Of a stretch of 64,000 bases of DNA, positions 59,200 through 64,000 are shown piece by piece (positions within the stretch are counted from its first letter, which is position 1; each line of letters begins with the position of its first letter). The notes below the pieces were generated by a model. That model saw nothing but the letters and a program-made list of their open reading frames with translations. It was not told the DNA's origin and made no database searches. The stretch comes from Octopus bimaculoides (taxonomy: Eukaryota), in contig NC_068998.1 of NCBI RefSeq assembly GCF_001194135.2, forward strand, positions 38,478,106 to 38,542,105, written 5' to 3'. A program made the position numbers and the translations under genes.

Positions 59200-60310
59200 C
59201 ACCACTAACAACAACAACAACAACAATTCTACCACCACCACCACTACCACTGCTAGGAGCAACACTATTACAACCATAAGTACCACCAACAGAACAGCAA
59301 TGGATGCCTTCACGACAATAGTAAGAACAGCTACAACATCAAAGAAGAAAATACAAGCCGCCGCCATCTCTACCGCGACCATCACCACCGCTGCCAACAC
59401 CGCCGCCGCTACCGACACCGACATCGAGGCAGCTCCTCCTTCATTCCCCTACAGGCAAATCACCCACATCACATCAACTGCAACAGCAATAACAAAAAAG
59501 CCACTGCTTCTGCCGCCATGACCACCACCACCAAAAACAACAACAACAACAACAAGGCCAACAGAAACGACAGACAGCGCCATCAATGGAACCACCACCA
59601 CCACCACCACNNNNNNNNNNNNNNNNNNNNNNNNNNNNNNNNNNNNNNNNNNNNNNNNNNNNNNNNNNTAACAACGAGCGACGCCTTTCCCGCCATTGAC
59701 AACAACAAAACAAACGCCCACCGCCAACAATACAACAGTTACAACAACAACAAAAGCCACTGCCTCCACCACCACCGCCGCCGCCGCCACCACCAACAAC
59801 AACAACAACAACAGAACTCCATCGCCACCTTTCACAGCCCCAACCACCACCACCTAATAATACTACCACTACTGCAACCACCACCACTACTACTACTACC
59901 AACAACAACAACAACAACAACAATACCAGTCCACCACCACCACCACCACTACAAACAACAACAACAATCAATAAAAAAGGAAAAAAAAGACAACAGCTGT
60001 GAAAACAATTATTGTAATAGAGTACAGTATATCATCATCATCAGCAGCAGCAGCAGTCACATCATCATCATCATCATCGTTATTACTACGATCGCCATAA
60101 TCGTTACCGTTATCGTCGGCAGCATCACCATCGCTACCACTACCGCCATCTTCACTCTCGCCATCATCACGATCATCATCACCATAACCATTGTCGTTAT
60201 CAGTAATTTATCATTTACCATCTTCATCTCATATCGTTGTCATCTTCTTCACAAACATCATCATCATTGTCACCATCATCATCATCATCATCATCATCAG
60301 CATCATCGCC
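59200..60310. repeat. Mosaic trinucleotide tract (CAA/CCA/CAT/CCG)
   Basis: Visible directly. It generates long low-complexity ORFs in several frames. Confidence 0.88.
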
Positions 60311-60476
60311 ATAACGAGTTCTATTAGGCCAAATCTAAACCTCCACAGTTCCACGACCACTTCATCACTACGCTATAAAGCCCGAACACTATAATAACAT
60401 TGAACATACTATACTAGGCCATAGACCCCACAACACTATAAGGTAGAATCCACTGTACGAAACCACAACATTATAC

Positions 60477-60623
60477 CAGTTATGGACAAACTGCAGCCCA
60501 TGAAGCTTTCTGAATGGTATGCCTAACGAAAAATTAGGCTTTTAATGTATTTTAGTATTGCGGTCCGCCTGGCAGTAAGCTGTGTCTCATGTGACCTGTT
60601 TCTGAAAAGGTTGCTCATGCCTA
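60477..60623. mobile_element. hAT-type MITE, same family as 29254-29404
   Basis: Shared body (gcagcccatg..gctttct.aatgg.atgcctaa.gaaaaatta ... aaaagg.t.ctcatgc.ta). Imperfect TSD cattatac/cactatat. Confidence 0.65.
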
Positions 60624-61354
60624 CACTATATACTAAGCCATAGAACCTGCAAAACTGTGAAAAGGATTTAGATAATCCTATCAGGTGGTGCTATTAAGTT
60701 AGACATGGCCTGGACCAATCTTTGGTCGAAACATATCTAAGTTTTATCTAAGATAGACCACTCTATACTATGCCATAGAAGTCACGGCATCATACTATAA
60801 ACCAATACTACGGTATGCCATACAACTTACACGCTAAACCACATGACAGAAATTTACATTGCACGATCCAAGAGAATCTGTCTGCAGTCGCTTAGTCTGC
60901 TGTATATAACAGATACATAATAAAGTGAGATGGTCATAACCGGAACGCCTTTTATTATTGGTCTACTTGATCAAAAGTAACACTATACGTACAACTAAGA
61001 CTGCAGCACAAAATAGTGCTTATAGTATGGAAGACGCTACACACAACTCAGCAAGACTATATAACATAGAAGATACAGCATACTACACTACTGCTCATTG
61101 TCATAGAACATACCAAGCAACATTACACGCCATACAACGATATCACATGAATCATACAATACACTGCTTTCACAATATTCAATCCTCGATCCAGCTCCAT
61201 CGACTATGTACGACCATCATAACAATTCTTAGTCTCCAACATGGTGACAGTGTTTCCTTCATAGCAAATTCATGGTGCTTATGTAGGCATCATGTCACTT
61301 CCTATGCATAATACATATTTCGCCAAAATTAATCAAGATTGAAAGGATATCGCT

Positions 61355-61525
61355 AAATCCACAAGGTTCTTTTTTTAAATTCTTTCTCTGTTTCTTTTCT
61401 CTTATTCCTTTCTGTTGAAGAGCGTAGGCTCGAAACGTAAAAGACTTAGTTACCTTCCCGAGCGTCAAACTAATACATCTACTTGTTGTTCATACACATG
61501 TCTTCGTCTTTTGTTTTTCTATGCA
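61355..61525 (+). mobile_element. Family G copy ending at (TA)n
   Basis: Collinear with 34110-34290. Confidence 0.72.
61408..61443 (+). ncRNA. Minimal hammerhead with variant core (CUGUUGA)
   Basis: CUUU-CUGUUGA-A-GAGC-guag-GCUC-GAAAC-GUA-AAAG. Carries an A6>U substitution. Confidence 0.6.
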
Positions 61526-62328
61526 TATATATATATATATATANNNNNNNNNNNNNNNNNNNNNNNNNNNNNNNNNNNNNNNNNNNNNNNNNNNNNNNNN
61601 NNNNNNNNNNNNNNNNNNNNNNNNNNNNNNNNNNNNNNNNNNNNNNNNNNNNNNNNNNNNNNNNNNNNNNNNNNNNNNNNNNNNNNNNNNNNNNNNNNNN
61701 NNNNNNNNNNNNNNNNNNNNNNNNNNNNNNNNNNNNNNNNNNNNNNNNNNNNNNNNNNNNNNNNNNNNNNNNNNNNNNNNNNNNNNNNNNNNNNNNNNNN
61801 NNNNNNNNNNNNNNNNNNNNNNNNNNNNNNNNNNNNNNNNNNNNNNNNNNNNNNNNNNNNNNNNNNNNNNNNNNNNNNNNNNNNNNNNNNNNNNNNNNNN
61901 NNNNNNNNNNNNNNNNNNNNNNNNNNNNNNNNNNNNNNNNNNNNNNNNNNNNNNNNNNNNNNNNNNNNNNNNNNNNNNNNNNNNNNNNNNNNNNNNNNNN
62001 NNNNNNNNNNNNNNNNNNNNNNNNNNNNNNNNNNNNNNNNNNNNNNNNNNNNNNNNNNNNNNNNNNNNNNNNNNNNNNNNNNNNNNNNNNNNNNNNNNNN
62101 NNNNNNNNNNNNNNNNNNNNNNNNNNNNNNNNNNNNNNNNNNNNNNNNNNNNNNNNNNNNNNNNNNNNNNNNNNNNNNNNNNNNNNNNNNNNNNNNNNNN
62201 NNNNNNNNNNNNNNNNNNNNNNNNNNNNNNNNNNNNNNNNNNNNNNNNNNNNNNNNNNNNNNNNNNNNNNNNNNNNNNNNNNNNNNNNNNNNNNNNNNNN
62301 NNNNNNNNNNNNNNNNNNNNNNNNNNNN

Positions 62329-62541
62329 AGGGGCTAAACATAGAGGGGACAAACAAGGACAGATAAAGGGATTAAGTCGATTACATCGACTCCAGTGTGT
62401 AACTGGTACTTAATTTATCAACCCCGAAAGGGTGAAAGGCAAAGTCGACCTCGGCGGAATTTGAACTCAGAACATAAAGACAGACGAAATACTGCTAAGC
62501 ATTTCGTCCGGCATGCTAACGTTTCTGCCAGCTCACCGCCT

Positions 62542-62542
<1 letters not shown>
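62329..62542 (-). mobile_element. SINE-B (alternative tail), well conserved
   Basis: Nearly identical to 25962-26194. Confidence 0.9.
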
Positions 62543-62572
<30 letters not shown>

Positions 62573-63029
62573 TTCTCCCATTCCTTCTCTCTTACACCTC
62601 ATGAGGCTACTTTCTACAGACATATAAAAAAATTTTAAATCATTTCTCCAAATTATAAATCTAATCCAGCATCAGCCAAATTATGCTGATTGCAGTATCC
62701 CTGTCATATTTCTTGGGTGTTTTTGTAGAAAGAGAAACCTGGAGAAGAAAAGCGGTTTTAATTTCTTACGTCAATTGTACCAAATAGTAAACCTGTTAAT
62801 ATAATGTAATAAAGCTTTGTTATTTTTTAGATTAAATCATTATTATATATAAATTTGTTTTGTGTAATATAAAATAATTAAAACTAACATATTGGATTAT
62901 TGCGTGTTATACATATTACTGACGTCAAATTTGCCTTTCATATCTCCGGAATCCAATAACATCCTTGTCCAAAATTGCTGGCTTCGTTACCTAAATTAGA
63001 CAGTGCATGTTTTTCAAGGCAATTTGAAT

Positions 63030-63330
63030 CCCCCAAAATCGCGAACTTTTATGATTTTTTCCCATCCATCATTACCTTTTACGATTATGGCAATTTTTGA
63101 AGCTGTTAGTCTATTGTGAAGATTACCACACCATCTTCCTTCGTTCGAGAAGATAAAGCAGTTTTCCTCTGTCTCGTAAAGGAGTGAAGTTGGATACTTT
63201 CTTCTTCGTTCAAGCCATCATCTTTTCACTTGTTTTATTTTCCTCACCTCTACCATCATATCAAGTCTCCTTGCTTCATCAGTTTCTATAAGAAATCCCC
63301 TAAAACCTTGTTACTATCATTCACCATTAC
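63030..63330 (-). mobile_element. Possible LINE AP-endonuclease remnant
   Basis: Decayed SRTKEDGVVIF (cf. R..GGGVAI) and AILGDSN (cf. ILGDFN). Many stop codons. Confidence 0.3.
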
Positions 63331-64000
63331 AGGCTCTGGCTCATGTTCTTCCTATTTTCCTGTCACTAAACATTCTTTTACCGACGTAGTCATACCTGCG
63401 TTTATAGAGAAAGACACAATAGAGAAAGAGCCGGTTTCTAACCTAGATCCAAGACTCCTTCAGTGGAATTTCAACATCAACAGGGTATGTATGTATGTAT
63501 GTGTGTGTGTATATATGTATGTATGTATGTATGTGTGCAGATTTGTATGTTTTGCTTTATGTATGTATTCTCATACATTTGGTTGCATATCTAGACATGC
63601 TCATATATATTTAAATGATAAACTTCCGGAAAGTTTTATAGATTTTTACAGTTCCAGTGATGGATTGGATCTGTAATCTTCGAATTAGCTTTCTCCTCTC
63701 TGGCTTTGAGAAGTCTAACTTCTCAAGATTGGTATTTAGGCAGTGTGTTGCATAGGTATGTATGTATTATGTATGTGTGAATATATATATATATATATAT
63801 TGTGCTACCTTAACTGCACTCATGTAGGAGATTATTGTTAATACCTTCGTCCCCTTTTCCACACATTCTGCGTTCGCTCTCAAGCTGAATTTCATCAATC
63901 CTCTCCTTCACCATATTCATTCAGTTGGCTTGTTCCTAAACGGCTATATTTTCTCGTTTCGGGTTTCCATCTGTCAGCTACAAACAGCATTCTTCACTTC

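Noticed and set aside
58994-60327. 175- and 269-aa T/N/H/Q-rich ORFs
   Set aside because: A trinucleotide mosaic open in multiple frames on both strands.

Overview
AT-rich, repeat-dominated animal genomic DNA from a gapped short-read draft (many N-runs, most abutting microsatellites). The repeat content is most consistent with an octopus or other coleoid cephalopod (inference). Nearly all ORFs in the supplied track are microsatellite or N-gap artefacts. The window consists mainly of tRNA-derived SINEs (working labels A, B, C, E), RTE-LINE 3' ends (D), hAT and Tc1/mariner MITEs, and decayed transposon coding fragments (Penelope-like GIY-YIG, mariner, Helitron helicase, RTE, R4/Dong, probable Gypsy integrase and L2/CR1 endonuclease). 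Two short minus-strand exons (45324-45425 and 10014-10051) splice in frame across about 35 kb into a natural-looking C-terminus that I cannot assign to a family. The main discoveries are (i) six complete or degenerate minimal hammerhead ribozymes plus one half-motif, carried by short dispersed repeats, including a family that joins a Pol III tRNA-type head to a hammerhead, and (ii) a 5'-truncated R4/Dong-type retrotransposon sitting inside a (TAA)n microsatellite of that same family.
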